DNA of 64,000 nucleotides from Chiloscyllium plagiosum (taxonomy: Eukaryota), in NCBI RefSeq assembly GCF_004010195.1, contig NC_057749.1, positions 21,612,331 to 21,676,330 of the forward strand, read 5' to 3'. Below, in pieces: positions 63,801-64,000 of the stretch; within the stretch, counting starts at the first letter, position 1, and each line of letters begins with the position of its first letter. Below the pieces are notes generated by a model. The model saw nothing but the letters and a program-made list of their open reading frames with translations. It was not told the DNA's origin and did not search any database. Position numbers and translations under genes: made by a program.

Positions 63801-64000
63801 GAATGCCTGCAGTAATCATACTCAGGTACCTTCAGTAATCACATTCAGATACCTACAGTAATCACACTCAAATACCTGCAGTAATCACGCTCGAATATGT
63901 GCAGCAGTCAGACTCAAATACCTGCAGTAATCATACTCAGATACCTGCAGTAATCACACTTAGATTCCTGCAGTATTCACTCTCCAATACCTGCAGTAAC
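57870..64000 (+). repeat. 23-bp satellite array, block B (~265 units, more heterogeneous, with higher-order duplications; runs off the window)
   Basis: The same GCAGTAATCACACTC core with variable 8-nt tails (AAACACAT, ACATACCT, AGATATGT, AGATACCT, GAATACCT). Confidence 0.97.

Noticed and set aside
51336..64000. CRISPR-like array (constant repeat plus variable segment)
   Set aside because: The variable part is only 8 nt and consists of point variants of one consensus, not unique spacers. There are no cas genes and the context is vertebrate.
51336..64000. Array of V(D)J recombination signal sequences (CACA plus the number 23)
   Set aside because: There is no CACAGTG heptamer or ACAAAAACC nonamer; 23 is the whole unit length, not a spacer; and no V/D/J segments were seen.

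Overview
This is a repeat-dominated eukaryotic window, very probably from a shark or other elasmobranch: it carries about 15 HE1-type V-SINEs that share their 3' tail with CR1/HER1-like LINEs. No intact protein-coding gene is recognisable, and nearly all ORF-track entries are decayed transposon frames or noise. Bases 1-51.3 kb are a mosaic of decayed, deeply nested retroelements: CR1 LINEs, Rex1/Babar-like LINEs, Penelope-like elements (PLEs; RT plus GIY-YIG), several SINE families and a tRNA-Lys pseudogene. From about 51.3 kb to the end lies a 23-bp satellite (consensus GCAGTAATCACACTCGAATACCT), split by a short unique/PLE block and assembly gaps. The most notable hidden signal is a set of minimal type I hammerhead-ribozyme motifs (CTGANGA-stem II-GAAA-palindromic stem III-UH). 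About 20 intact or decayed copies, from four sequence-distinct families with covarying stems, sit at PLE termini. Many of the carrier elements are 130-560 bp fold-back insertions with 11-16 bp target-site duplications (TSDs), and their truncation or inversion points cluster at the ribozyme core. Other notable items are an orphan templated insertion of satellite units, a 36-bp TTAGGG-containing minisatellite, a POU/homeobox-motif-dense unique segment and weak candidate exons. Boundaries were read by eye and are approximate unless a TSD is quoted.
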